From IMG/VR virus record IMGVR_UViG_3300042804_000010: a stretch of 36,614 nt of DNA, one strand, 5' to 3'. Of the stretch, positions 1 to 8,145 are shown one piece after another. This stretch comes from a virus. The translations under genes were made by a program, and so were the position numbers. The notes beneath the pieces were generated by a model. The model worked only from the letters and a program-made list of their open reading frames with translations. It was not told the origin of the DNA and did not search any database. The stretch's first letter is position 1, and each line of letters starts with the position of its first letter.

Positions 1-127
1 ATATAACCTTGTTTAACCCACTGGTCATAAGGAATTTTATCTTCTCTGGAACGCTGCTCTAATAAATCTTCTGGCAGCCAATACATAGATAAACAATATA
101 TTGTCGGATCATCTGGAAGCATAAAAA
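1..127. repeat. 127-bp terminal direct repeat identical to 36488-36614 (circularisation overlap of the contig)
   Basis: Direct comparison: window start atataaccttgtttaacccactgg...tggaagcataaaaa reappears at the window end, and the terL reading frame is continuous across it. Confidence 0.9.
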
Positions 128-1403
128 GAACACTACTTGCAGTTAAATCAGTAGTGCTGGATAAGTCAGTTCCTCCGATGCCATAACGGGGATTTAGCTC
201 CCCAACATCAAAGTTTGCTGTATTATTCAATTCTTCAAAGTTTAACCATGCTTCAGAAGATGTTTCTCTGATATTAAAATCTTTAGTTAATAAGTTTTTA
301 ACTAATAAAGGATTATTTTGTGCTTTATGAACCTTAGTTTCTAAGTTGTCGGTTTTCTTAATAGTACCAAGCCCTGGATTAGCTTTTCTCCAGTTTTTTC
401 TGTCAGTCCATTCGGACCTTTTGTCTAACTCATAAATAATTGGTAAAAATCTTTCGTCTTTATAACCTTCTGGATCATCAAATCCATTAATAATCATTTC
501 TGCTTCATCATACTTTAGGTCGTAAACTTGCTCTCTAACAGTCCCAGCAGTTGTGATCATAAATATTAAAGGTTGTTCTCTTGCTGATGTACCGTCTTTG
601 ATAACATCGTAAAGGTTCTTGTCTTTCCATGCGTGTATCTCATCAAGAGAGGCTCCATGCACATTGAGCCCGTCTAATCTATCGCTGTCAGACCCGAGAG
701 GCACAAAAGTTGAATCATTATGTCGGCCCTTTAATTCTTTAACCAAAGGTTTAATGCTTTTCAGTAAGAATGGTGATTTTTTAACCATTTTCTTAGCTTC
801 TGACCATACTATTTTGGCCTGTTTTTCTTTTGTAGCAACCGCATATATTTCGGCCCCTGGTTCATTATCGGCAACTTGAAGATATAAAGAAATCGCCGAT
901 GAAAGAGTTGATTTTCCATTCTTTCTGGCAACGACTAATAATACTTCTCTATATTTTCTTGTTCTGTTAGTTTTATGAATAAACCCAAAAATAGCTGCTA
1001 TAAAAGCCTTCTGCCAGAGTTCTAATTTAAGCGCCTGGCCTCCCCATTTACCTTTTGATTGTTTGCAAAAATTTTCTATAAACTCAATTGCATGATTAGC
1101 GTGGCCGGCACTATACTCCCACTGGCTTTGATCGTCATGAACATCAGCTACAAGTTTTTTATAAACTTTTTTAACTTTTTTGCAGGCTATTATTTCGCCA
1201 GATTGAATTTTATTATTATATTCAATGATTGGATTATAACTCAAAGGATATCTTATATAATTACTGTTGTTTTTCTTAGTTTTTTCTTTTGTTTTTTTAG
1301 GGTGCTGCCAACATCTCCACTCATTTGGTGGATTATCATTAAATTCTTTTTCTCTGCTGCATCTGCTGCCATCGTTTTTAGTTCCTGAGCATCTAACTAT
1401 CAT
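1..1403 (-). CDS. terL: Terminase large subunit, N-terminal (5') portion; gene continues at 36061-36614 across the circular junction (about 609 aa in total)
   Basis: Manual minus-strand translation from ATG 1403..1401 (2 nt after terS stop) gives MIVRCSGTKNDGSRCS...IEYNNKIQSGEIIACKKV...VVARKNGKST (Walker A-like)...LDEIHAW and runs in frame into MLPDDPTIYCLSMYW, the start of the 36061..36609 track ORF. Absent from the ORF track because it has no stop inside the window. Confidence 0.85.
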   Translation of the reverse strand, partial: MIVRCSGTKNDGSRCSREKEFNDNPPNEWRCWQHPKKTKEKTKKNNSNYIRYPLSYNPIIEYNNKIQSGEIIACKKVKKVYKKLVADVHDDQSQWEYSAGHANHAIEFIENFCKQSKGKWGGQALKLELWQKAFIAAIFGFIHKTNRTRKYREVLLVVARKNGKSTLSSAISLYLQVADNEPGAEIYAVATKEKQAKIVWSEAKKMVKKSPFLLKSIKPLVKELKGRHNDSTFVPLGSDSDRLDGLNVHGASLDEIHAWKDKNLYDVIKDGTSAREQPLIFMITTAGTVREQVYDLKYDEAEMIINGFDDPEGYKDERFLPIIYELDKRSEWTDRKNWRKANPGLGTIKKTDNLETKVHKAQNNPLLVKNLLTKDFNIRETSSEAWLNFEELNNTANFDVGELNPRYGIGGTDLSSTTDLTASSVLFMLPDDPTIYCLSMYWLPEDLLEQRSREDKIPYDQWVKQGY

Positions 1404-1405
1404 CT

Positions 1406-1795
1406 TTAATCAGGCCTCGATGCTTCAAACTTTTCTATAATATTTTCGGGATTAGTAACTTCTTCTTTTGGCAACAAGTCAAGCAATTGCTTCATAACAG
1501 CATTATGTCTATTAACTAATGAAATATAGGTGCTTGCTTCTGGAGATTGTTTAGTACCCCATTGGTTTTCTCCATTCTGATACTTTGATACAACTCCATT
1601 AGCATTGATTTCATCCTGCAAGTCCTGGAGAGTTATGGCCATAAATGCTGCATTTGCAATTAATGACTTTGCTATATCCATTCTCTGGCTATCTATATCT
1701 AAATCTTCTAAAATTGCTCTTAATCTTTCTTTTTCTTCTTTAACTCGCCTATCTTTTTCTAAAAACTCGTTATTTTTAGCTGCTGTATTTGACAT
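1406..1795 (-). CDS. terS: Terminase small subunit (P27-family-like)
   Basis: Track ORF 1406..1870 starts at GTG with no RBS; ATG at 1795 is preceded by GAGGGGGGTG. Product MSNTAAKNNEFLEKDRR...NAVMKQLLDLLP resembles P27-type small terminase; sits immediately upstream of terL. Confidence 0.7.
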   Translation of the reverse strand: MSNTAAKNNEFLEKDRRVKEEKERLRAILEDLDIDSQRMDIAKSLIANAAFMAITLQDLQDEINANGVVSKYQNGENQWGTKQSPEASTYISLVNRHNAVMKQLLDLLPKEEVTNPENIIEKFEASRPD

Positions 1796-1890
1796 TTTAT
1801 ACCACACCCCCCTCGTGAGCTTGATATGTATTAATTGTGTATCCCCTCTCGGTCCCCTGGCAGCCACCACCCCGATAAAAACAGGGGGGG
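1796..1890. other. GC-rich island between HNH endonuclease and terS; candidate cos/packaging site
   Basis: C6 tract at 1807-1812 and G7 tract at 1884-1890, with cccctctcggtcccctggcagccaccacccc between, in an otherwise AT-rich genome; HNH-cos-terS is the usual arrangement in HK97-like cos phages. Confidence 0.4.
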
Positions 1891-2205
1891 CTACCTTTCA
1901 ACCAGCTCTCCATGCTTATTAAACTTCAAACCTTGTCTAACTACCTCCGCACTTGCTCCTACTCCATGTTCCTCGTTATGACAGTCTAAGCACAGGTATT
2001 CTAAGTTATCAAAGTTAAGAGTAATCTCTGGATCATTAATGTTGTCAGGAGTTAAGTATTCAATGTGATGAACTATTTTGCCTGGATTAACCTTGCCATT
2101 CTCCAAGCATCTTTCACACAATCCGTTTACTTCAGCAATATAAGCCTCTCTGCACTCCTGCCATTCTTTACTCTTATAAAAACTTTTAGCCCATTCCTTT
2201 GCCAT
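1891..2205 (-). CDS. HNH endonuclease (terminase-associated)
   Basis: 104-aa ORF with CERC...HHIEYL...N...LCLDCHNEEH, an HNH motif with zinc-binding Cys pairs; directly upstream of terS. Confidence 0.8.
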   Translation of the reverse strand: MAKEWAKSFYKSKEWQECREAYIAEVNGLCERCLENGKVNPGKIVHHIEYLTPDNINDPEITLNFDNLEYLCLDCHNEEHGVGASAEVVRQGLKFNKHGELVER

Positions 2206-2380
2206 CTTTCCAATCCTCCAGGCTAATTATTTCATTATCATCAGCAAAAATATATCTATGATAAGCAAGTATGCAATCAAAGCAAAGTTTATGTTTTTTC
2301 ATATCTTCAGTAGCACTCTTAGAGAAATATTTACTTTCGCATTTGCTGCATGTCTTATCGCCTCTAATAATGGCTGGCAT
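2186..2380 (-). CDS. Small zinc-ribbon protein (CxxC...CxxC)
   Basis: Track ORF 2186..2470; probable true start ATG 2380 preceded by GAGGTGA; product MPAIIRGDKTCSKCES...KLCFDCILAYH. Confidence 0.5.
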   Translation of the reverse strand: MPAIIRGDKTCSKCESKYFSKSATEDMKKHKLCFDCILAYHRYIFADDNEIISLEDWKDGKGMG

Positions 2381-2610
2381 CAAATCACCTCTGGCAAATA
2401 TGTAATATAAACCGGCTGGGCTGGCCGGCAGCAGTATATTATAAAAGAGGTATCCAACAGACGCCCACAACGATTTCTGTAATTATTAGTTTTTGGCATA
2501 GAAAAACCCAGCTCGTCTGGTAACAAGCCGGGCAAAACAATAAAGGAGGAAAGTTATTGAAAAAACTTATACTTTCCATGATATTAATATATCATCTTTT
2601 AAAGCCTTAA

Positions 2611-2640
2611 ATGTTTACTAATTGTTTACTAACTGTTTAT
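2611..2640. repeat. Tandem 11-bp repeat (tgtttactaaN x about 2.7)
   Basis: atgtttactaa ttgtttactaa ctgtttat read directly at 2611-2640, abutting the stop of the 2637..3113 gene. Confidence 0.6.
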
Positions 2641-3113
2641 TTTTTTGCATATCCGAGAATTCTTGCTATTTTCTCTATTGCCTGGTCCTTAAAATCATAA
2701 TATTTGTTTCTTCCCCACTCGAATTTTGGGTGAGTATATATGTTCACATCTTTCTCGAATCTTCCTGTCATATACTTTTTTTCCACTACAAATCTTTCTA
2801 TCGTGTCTAGCGCCTTTAGAGCTTCTTCAATTTTTGCTATCATGCACTCTTTACTTCTTAATTCTTCTTTGAGTTCACTTTCATCTCGATTAATTACTGC
2901 ATTTTCTGTAGCTGATCTAAAATCATTGCTGCCTTTAACGTTTACTCCTTCATAACTTACCCCTCGATTTGACTCAATTAATTCGTCTAATTCTATTCTG
3001 ATTACGGCACATCGCTGTTTATATTCTTTGTAGTTAAGCAGCTCCTTAATTACTCTTGAATAATAATCCTGCATCCAATCACCCTTTTTGTTGAAATAGT
3101 TTAGCGAACTCAT
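2637..3113 (-). CDS. Hypothetical protein; position suggests a late-gene transcriptional activator (ArpU/RinA-like), unverified
   Basis: 158-aa ORF, last gene of the early block immediately upstream of the Zn-ribbon/HNH/terS/terL packaging block; assignment is positional only. Confidence 0.3.
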   Translation of the reverse strand: MSSLNYFNKKGDWMQDYYSRVIKELLNYKEYKQRCAVIRIELDELIESNRGVSYEGVNVKGSNDFRSATENAVINRDESELKEELRSKECMIAKIEEALKALDTIERFVVEKKYMTGRFEKDVNIYTHPKFEWGRNKYYDFKDQAIEKIARILGYAKK

Positions 3114-3321
3114 TAAATATTATTTTTTCTAATTCTTCAGTACTATCCGGGATTTCTTTAATTTTAATTGTTATTGGCTCAATCTTTGTAATTAATTCAT
3201 TAGAATGTTTTTCAAAATAAAAAGTTACATTCCAGGAGTCAATAGTTATGCATTCTTTTCTACCGACCATAAACCCAGTAGTATTGGCTGATATTTTAAT
3301 GATTTCAATATTCACCCGCAA
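3079..3321 (-). CDS. Hypothetical protein (80 aa)
   Basis: ORF in the co-directional early gene array, overlapping neighbours by a few codons. Confidence 0.45.
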   Translation of the reverse strand: MRVNIEIIKISANTTGFMVGRKECITIDSWNVTFYFEKHSNELITKIEPITIKIKEIPDSTEELEKIIFNEFAKLFQQKG

Positions 3322-3566
3322 TCACCCCTGTTAGTCCTCATTTTAATATCGGTACCTTTGTGTCTTTCCAGCCAATCAGCTTCCTCTTCCCTCAGAAGCT
3401 CATTAATTGGTTTCTCTCTTCCGCATCTAATGCAAGTGCCTTTATTCTTAACACTATCTAATATCATTGTCCTCCGGTTGCAGTGAGGGCAAATAACCGG
3501 CACTTGAATATGGGTTTTAATTCCTTGATATTCACATATCTTTCTGGCTTCGTCAAGCATACTCAA
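3312..3566 (-). CDS. Small zinc-ribbon protein
   Basis: 84-aa ORF with two Cys pairs, ...VICPHCNRR...GTCIRCGRE... Confidence 0.5.
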   Translation of the reverse strand: MSMLDEARKICEYQGIKTHIQVPVICPHCNRRTMILDSVKNKGTCIRCGREKPINELLREEEADWLERHKGTDIKMRTNRGDCG

Positions 3567-4011
3567 CCACCTCTAAATTATCTTCTAATATCCAATAATG
3601 TTCCATGCTATCTAATTTATAATGGATGTAATTGTTGGTAGCAGAGTTTGATAAGCGCCTTTTTATTATTTTCCCTGTTTTCCCTTTGAAGTGACCATCT
3701 TTTATTATTTTCACTTTATCTTCTAAGCTATATTGAAATGTATTTTCTTCAAGATTTTTTTTAGCAAACAATAAAGAAGCCTGCAAAAAGTAAAACTTTT
3801 CAGATGGTCTGCCTCTATGGATTGTTTCAATTTCATTAATAATTCTATCTAATTGCTTTAAGCAAGTTTTTTTAGTCATTATTTCTTTTAAAACCATTTT
3901 AGTTTCTTTAGATATTTTCATTTCCTTAGTTTCATCTAAAAGCTTATCAATCATATTTTCTTGAAATTCTTTCCCGGTCCCCGGGCCAGCACCTTTATTT
4001 CTATCGCCCAT
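3553..4011 (-). CDS. Hypothetical protein
   Basis: Track ORF 3553..4020 begins at TTG abutting AGGAG; ATG at 4011 lies 9 nt after AGGAG and is the more plausible start. Confidence 0.45.
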   Translation of the reverse strand: MGDRNKGAGPGTGKEFQENMIDKLLDETKEMKISKETKMVLKEIMTKKTCLKQLDRIINEIETIHRGRPSEKFYFLQASLLFAKKNLEENTFQYSLEDKVKIIKDGHFKGKTGKIIKRRLSNSATNNYIHYKLDSMEHYWILEDNLEVVEYA

Positions 4012-4315
4012 TAACTTCAACTCCTATTTTTATAGTATTTTCATTTTTAAACTTACCATTGATTTCTTCTAAAAGCTGATTAATTTTCTCTAATTTGCTT
4101 TCAATTTGAACCAGTTCGGTCATAGCTTCTGAAGTATCAGCATTCACTCTGACAACTAAATTACTAATTGGCTTGCTATTATAGTCTTCCGCAACCAACC
4201 TGTCCTGCAGTTCATCAATTCCCTCCTCCAAAAATGATTTGCCAGTTTTATGACTCATTTTTGCCGATTCTTCCAGCAGTTCCTCTAAAAAACATAACAT
4301 TTCGCTTCTATTCAT
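4001..4315 (-). CDS. Hypothetical protein (104 aa, acidic, helical)
   Basis: ORF with RBS-like AAAGGGG upstream of ATG 4315. Confidence 0.45.
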   Translation of the reverse strand: MNRSEMLCFLEELLEESAKMSHKTGKSFLEEGIDELQDRLVAEDYNSKPISNLVVRVNADTSEAMTELVQIESKLEKINQLLEEINGKFKNENTIKIGVEVNGR

Positions 4316-4368
4316 TATAATTAACCCCTTTCTTTTTCTAATTACCGGGCCAGCGCCCTAAATTTCTT

Positions 4369-4764
4369 CTATTCTAATTTTTCAAGCCACTCAATTGCAT
4401 CATCAGCTCCGAAAGCAATTTTAGTTTGCCAGTTTCTCCATTCTAAAGCTTTTAACCATTCTTTTTGCGATTCTCTAACATCTGACGGTTTTCCATTAGC
4501 TTTTTTTAATTCGATTGCTATTCCACTAAAGTTCATAGTATATTCAGAAGTTGGATCATCAAATATCAGTACATCAGGCACGCCCGGCTTAACTCCCTGC
4601 ATTTTCATTTTCCTGCCGGTCTTAGCATCTCTGTTTCCTCCATTAGGTACATGGCACCACAAATAGCCTTTCATATCCAAATAATTTGCTAACTTAACTT
4701 GCTCATCATATTCTGATAGATCCTTCTTTTTTCTATATTCTGCAGCACTCATTCTCTCTGTCAT
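4369..4764 (-). CDS. VRR-NUC domain nuclease (PD-(D/E)xK superfamily)
   Basis: 131-aa ORF with LANYLDMKGYLWCHVPNGG...PGVPDVLIFD...GIAIELKK...QKEWLKAL, the VRR-NUC pattern; RBS GAGGTGA. Confidence 0.65.
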   Translation of the reverse strand: MTERMSAAEYRKKKDLSEYDEQVKLANYLDMKGYLWCHVPNGGNRDAKTGRKMKMQGVKPGVPDVLIFDDPTSEYTMNFSGIAIELKKANGKPSDVRESQKEWLKALEWRNWQTKIAFGADDAIEWLEKLE

Positions 4765-4789
4765 TATTTCACCTCAAATTACCGGGCCA

Positions 4790-5623
4790 TCACGGATAAA
4801 CAATAGCCTCGACATGATATTTTTTCTTAAATGATTTCCAGCCCATCTGATGAGCTTTATTGTGATATTCAGCTGATAAACATATTTTCTTTAGATTGCT
4901 ATCATCTAACTTTTGTCTGTTTTGCCCCATTCCTATTGCATCAGCATGATGAATATGAACTATTTCACCTGAATTGTCTATATAATAGTTTTTGCCTGGC
5001 TTAGTACTGACAGCACATATTTTCTTATCCAGGCACATTCTTAGCCATCTATCCAGACTGTCTAATCTCTTCCTGGGGTTTTCTTTCCACTCTACTCCCA
5101 GCTCATAACCTAGCCTTATCGCAAAATCTATAAAATCAATTGCTGCTTTCTTAGAACAATCGGATAAACTTATTCTTCCATGCTCAGAGACCTCAGCAAA
5201 CCTCATAACCAGAGCCTCTTTCATTTCTTCCTTTTCATACCCTATTGAGTTACCCATATCTTCAATGACAGCAAATGCTTTATTTCTCTGACTGTTAGTT
5301 ATCATATTCATTAACCTTTGCTGCTCTTTTTTATTTATTTCAAACTTTACTCTGATTTCTTCCATCTCTTTGAATTTTGGTCCAACATTAATCAAAATCC
5401 TTTTACTGTCTTTCCCAGTTATCAATATAACTTCATGATCTCCATTAGCCAACTGTTCTATATTTTTGATTTTAGCTGAGGCCAGGGCCATCTGATTGAA
5501 GTTCACAATTAATGGTTTATCTTCAAATTTATCAAATCCATCTGGTATATCTTTTATGATCAGGCTTACTACTCCTGAGTTTTTTCTAGTCTTCCATTTT
5601 TTTAAGCTGCATCTAAATATCAT
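4790..5623 (-). CDS. Hypothetical early protein with C-terminal His-rich (HNH-like?) motif
   Basis: Track ORF 4790..5644; ATG at 5623 is preceded by GAAGGAGG; C-terminus has IVHIHHADAIG...EYHNKAH. Function unresolved. Confidence 0.45.
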   Translation of the reverse strand: MIFRCSLKKWKTRKNSGVVSLIIKDIPDGFDKFEDKPLIVNFNQMALASAKIKNIEQLANGDHEVILITGKDSKRILINVGPKFKEMEEIRVKFEINKKEQQRLMNMITNSQRNKAFAVIEDMGNSIGYEKEEMKEALVMRFAEVSEHGRISLSDCSKKAAIDFIDFAIRLGYELGVEWKENPRKRLDSLDRWLRMCLDKKICAVSTKPGKNYYIDNSGEIVHIHHADAIGMGQNRQKLDDSNLKKICLSAEYHNKAHQMGWKSFKKKYHVEAIVYP

Positions 5624-5777
5624 TTCTGCCTCCTTCAACATCAAAATTAAATTTTACTTCATCATCTTTATTTTCTACAAATACATAGATATGATTTGTA
5701 TATTCACAAATACAACAACCTTCTTCTGGATCACAATATGGATTTGGGCAAGGTATTCTTTTCTTGATTTTGCTCAT
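5613..5777 (-). CDS. Small Cys-rich protein (54 aa), not in ORF track
   Basis: Manual translation MSKIKKRIPCPNPYCDPEEGCCICEYTNH...; RBS AGAGGGTGA upstream of ATG 5777; stop overlaps the start of the next gene. Confidence 0.45.
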   Translation of the reverse strand: MSKIKKRIPCPNPYCDPEEGCCICEYTNHIYVFVENKDDEVKFNFDVEGGRNDI

Positions 5778-5881
5778 TTAATTTTCACCCTCTAATATAT
5801 CGCTCTCTGTTTAATAAGACCTCAGTTCAAGACCGGCCGGGGGAAGATCTTAAGTTCTTAAGGTCTTAGCTTCCAGTTAGC

Positions 5882-6037
5882 TTAAAATTTCTTTTCAGGC
5901 TGGCCCGCTCGTTGGGCAAACCAACTCATGTCTTTTTCCATACTTCCAGTTTGCTGTCTTTCGTAACATCTACGGCAGACACCTCCTCTACCATCTTCTT
6001 CTGCATACATTGTTTCGCATTCAGGGCATTCTTTCAT
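5882..6037 (-). CDS. Small zinc-ribbon protein (51 aa), not in ORF track
   Basis: Manual translation MKECPECETMYAEEDGRGGVCRRCYERQQ...; RBS AAAGGAG 7 nt upstream of ATG 6037. Confidence 0.5.
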   Translation of the reverse strand: MKECPECETMYAEEDGRGGVCRRCYERQQTGSMEKDMSWFAQRAGQPEKKF

Positions 6038-6067
6038 TTCTTTGCTCCTTTCTGCTGGCCCGGGCCA

Positions 6068-6328
6068 TCACCCTTGATTAAGGCCAGTTAGTCTCTCAAT
6101 TATTTTTATTCCATCTTTCGGATCTATATAGTCTTTACATCCTTCGCAGTTAACATCATCAAATCTTTCTACTTTTTTGTCGCACCACTCAACTGCAGCT
6201 GTCCCAAGTTCTTTATGATAATACCAGGCACATGGCCGGTTAGTTATTGAGCTGTGATAGTGGCAAAGCGTTCCTTTTCTGATTTGTTCCTCACATCCAT
6301 CTATCTCGCAAATATAATAATCTTTCAT
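6068..6328 (-). CDS. Cys/His-rich putative zinc-binding protein
   Basis: Track ORF 6068..6439; RBS GAAAGGAGG precedes internal ATG at 6328; product MKDYYICEIDGCEE...LCHYH...NCEGCKDY. Confidence 0.5.
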   Translation of the reverse strand: MKDYYICEIDGCEEQIRKGTLCHYHSSITNRPCAWYYHKELGTAAVEWCDKKVERFDDVNCEGCKDYIDPKDGIKIIERLTGLNQG

Positions 6329-6592
6329 CTGCCTCCTTTCTGGAAAATTGGAGCAATGTCTAGTTGGAGCCCACTCAACTGTTAGAATTAGAGAAAGTAA
6401 ACATTTTTTATTGCTCCAATCCTCCAATGCCGGGCACAAAAATTCTTAAACTTTTTCTGGTATATAGATTATTTTTAGCTGGCCCGGTCGATCATGCTCT
6501 ATTGTTGTCGGTGACCTCATTTTGATTCCGTCTATGATAAGTATTCCAAACTTTTTTCTGATTACTTTTGAGTTCATTCCAACACCTTCTAT

Positions 6593-6832
6593 TTAATTCG
6601 GATTTTTTAAATCCCAAAGAGATACAAAACCTACCTCTTCTGGCCTAACAGTTGTAAATCTAGCAGCTTCACATTCTTTTTTATCTATTCTTTTCGCATA
6701 CTTAATTTTTGCTTTATAGGAATTTCCAGCTTTTACTATTCCCATAGAATATATTACTGGTTTTTCACCGGCTCTTTTTTGATAATCTAGCACTATATAT
6801 ATTGGTTTTGGGTTTTGCTTAGAACGGAACAT
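6593..6832 (-). CDS. Hypothetical protein
   Basis: Track ORF 6593..6871 overlaps the SSB 3' end; ATG at 6832 lies 9 nt after GAGGGGG. Confidence 0.4.
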   Translation of the reverse strand: MFRSKQNPKPIYIVLDYQKRAGEKPVIYSMGIVKAGNSYKAKIKYAKRIDKKECEAARFTTVRPEEVGFVSLWDLKNPN

Positions 6833-7340
6833 CGAAATCATCCCCCTCAAAGTTATCGTTATACTGTTCATTTACTTGCCGGCCGTTGTTTTTGCTATTA
6901 GATTGCTGGCTATTATTCTTAGAGTGCTGGCCGTTAGAATGCTGGCCCGGTCCCTGGGTTTTACTTTGCTGCTTATTCCCTTTAGCTTGTGAATTATTTC
7001 TCTGATTGTTATTGTTTGCAAAGTCTAAGAATCGGACATTATCTGCATTTACTTCCGGATTAATATAAGTTCTATTGTTATTTTCACTCTTTCTAATCTG
7101 CATGCTGCCATCTACTCCGACAAGCCTTCCTTTACCAAGATGCCTGGCGCAATTTTCTGCCAGACCCCTCCAGGTGACTATGTTAATGAAATCTACATCT
7201 CTATCACCATTGCCATTAGTATAATTTCTTTCTACTGCCAGTGTGAAGTTACAGACTGGGGTTCCATTGCTGGTATATCTAAGTTCAGGATCTTTGGTTA
7301 AGCGGCCTATTAATACAATTCTATTTAATATTTTCACCAT
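6819..7340 (-). CDS. ssb: Single-stranded DNA-binding protein
   Basis: N-terminal OB-fold pattern NRIVLIGRLTKDPELRYTSNGTPVCNFTLAV...IVTWRGLAEN; Q/N/S-rich linker; acidic C-terminal tail DDFDVPF. Confidence 0.85.
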   Translation of the reverse strand: MVKILNRIVLIGRLTKDPELRYTSNGTPVCNFTLAVERNYTNGNGDRDVDFINIVTWRGLAENCARHLGKGRLVGVDGSMQIRKSENNNRTYINPEVNADNVRFLDFANNNNQRNNSQAKGNKQQSKTQGPGQHSNGQHSKNNSQQSNSKNNGRQVNEQYNDNFEGDDFDVPF

Positions 7341-7674
7341 CTCCTTTTTCTCTAATTTCCTTAACTCTTTCCAACCTATCCTCTGCTATCTCAACTGCTT
7401 TTTCGTGAGATTTTGATTGAGCTATTTTTTCTAAACCAGCTAACATAATATCGTGAATTATATTATCTTTAGAAAATTCTTTTGGCTGATATTCTTCATC
7501 ATCATATAAAATTTTATCCATATAATTTGCCATCGTTAACCCTCTCCTTTTTCTTCTCGCAATTTTAGATTTTTCGAAAATATTCATATTTTTTTCTATT
7601 TCTTCTTGAGGCTCTGGCTCGCACCACTGGGTATCATCCTGCATATACAAAAGCATTTCTATATACTTACCCAT
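7321..7674 (-). CDS. Hypothetical protein (117 aa)
   Basis: ORF in early gene array; no recognisable motif. Confidence 0.4.
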   Translation of the reverse strand: MGKYIEMLLYMQDDTQWCEPEPQEEIEKNMNIFEKSKIARRKRRGLTMANYMDKILYDDEEYQPKEFSKDNIIHDIMLAGLEKIAQSKSHEKAVEIAEDRLERVKEIREKGDGENIK

Positions 7675-7879
7675 CTTGATTGCTGCCTTCGGCTTTATTA
7701 ATTGCTAACCTCAATTTTCTTTCCCATTCATGTTTCTTACATGTAAATCCATTGTAAGGATCACACTCACACTCAAGATTTTTAACTATTTTCAAACTAT
7801 ATTTTGCAACATCTAGCAATTCGTCTCGCTGTTTTTTAATTTCTATTTTCTCTAATGCTAAATCACTGCTTGATTTCAT
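7667..7879 (-). CDS. Hypothetical small protein (70 aa)
   Basis: ORF in early array; contains ECECDPYNGFTCKKHEW. Confidence 0.4.
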   Translation of the reverse strand: MKSSSDLALEKIEIKKQRDELLDVAKYSLKIVKNLECECDPYNGFTCKKHEWERKLRLAINKAEGSNQDG

Positions 7880-8145
7880 TGTTCGTCAGCTCCTTTAGCT
7901 TTGTTCATCGCTTCCAAAATTCGATTCATAACCTCACCAATTTCATCTTGGCTTCTAGCATCCCAACTTGATAAACCAGCAAGTGTATCTATCATTTCGT
8001 AGCTTTGTTTGAGTGCCTCCAACAACTCAGGTGCAGCTGCCATCAGTTGAGCTTTCTTTTTCTTTTCGCCGTAAGTTATATCATCAGCAACAAAACATTT
8101 GATAACTTCTTCCTTTTCGTCAATAACTTCTATGATTTTAAACAT
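7876..8145 (-). CDS. Hypothetical protein (89 aa)
   Basis: ORF in early array, overlapping neighbours by one codon. Confidence 0.4.
   Translation of the reverse strand: MFKIIEVIDEKEEVIKCFVADDITYGEKKKKAQLMAAAPELLEALKQSYEMIDTLAGLSSWDARSQDEIGEVMNRILEAMNKAKGADEQ

Noticed and set aside
1-127. 127-bp end repeat as a biological terminal repeat or mobile-element boundary
   Set aside because: The repeat lies inside a continuous terL reading frame and a candidate cos site exists elsewhere, so it is best explained as the overlap of a circularised assembly.
619-1388. Plus-strand track ORFs 619..879 and 1059..1388 (and similar plus-strand ORFs such as 27902..28165, 28730..29244, 30444..30812, 33487..34165)
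   Set aside because: They lie antisense within well-supported minus-strand structural genes (terL, tape measure, major tail, capsid), have low-complexity composition and no RBS; treated as shadow ORFs.
1406-1870. Longer 154-aa version of terS starting at 1870
   Set aside because: That start is GTG with no RBS and would encode MVAARGPRGD from the GC-rich island; ATG at 1795 with RBS GAGGGGGGTG is more plausible.
6894-6960. Cluster of GCTGGCC/GGCCCGG motifs inside the ssb gene
   Set aside because: They encode the Q/N/G/P-rich flexible linker of SSB, so the similarity to the intergenic CCGGGCC motif is probably driven by coding.
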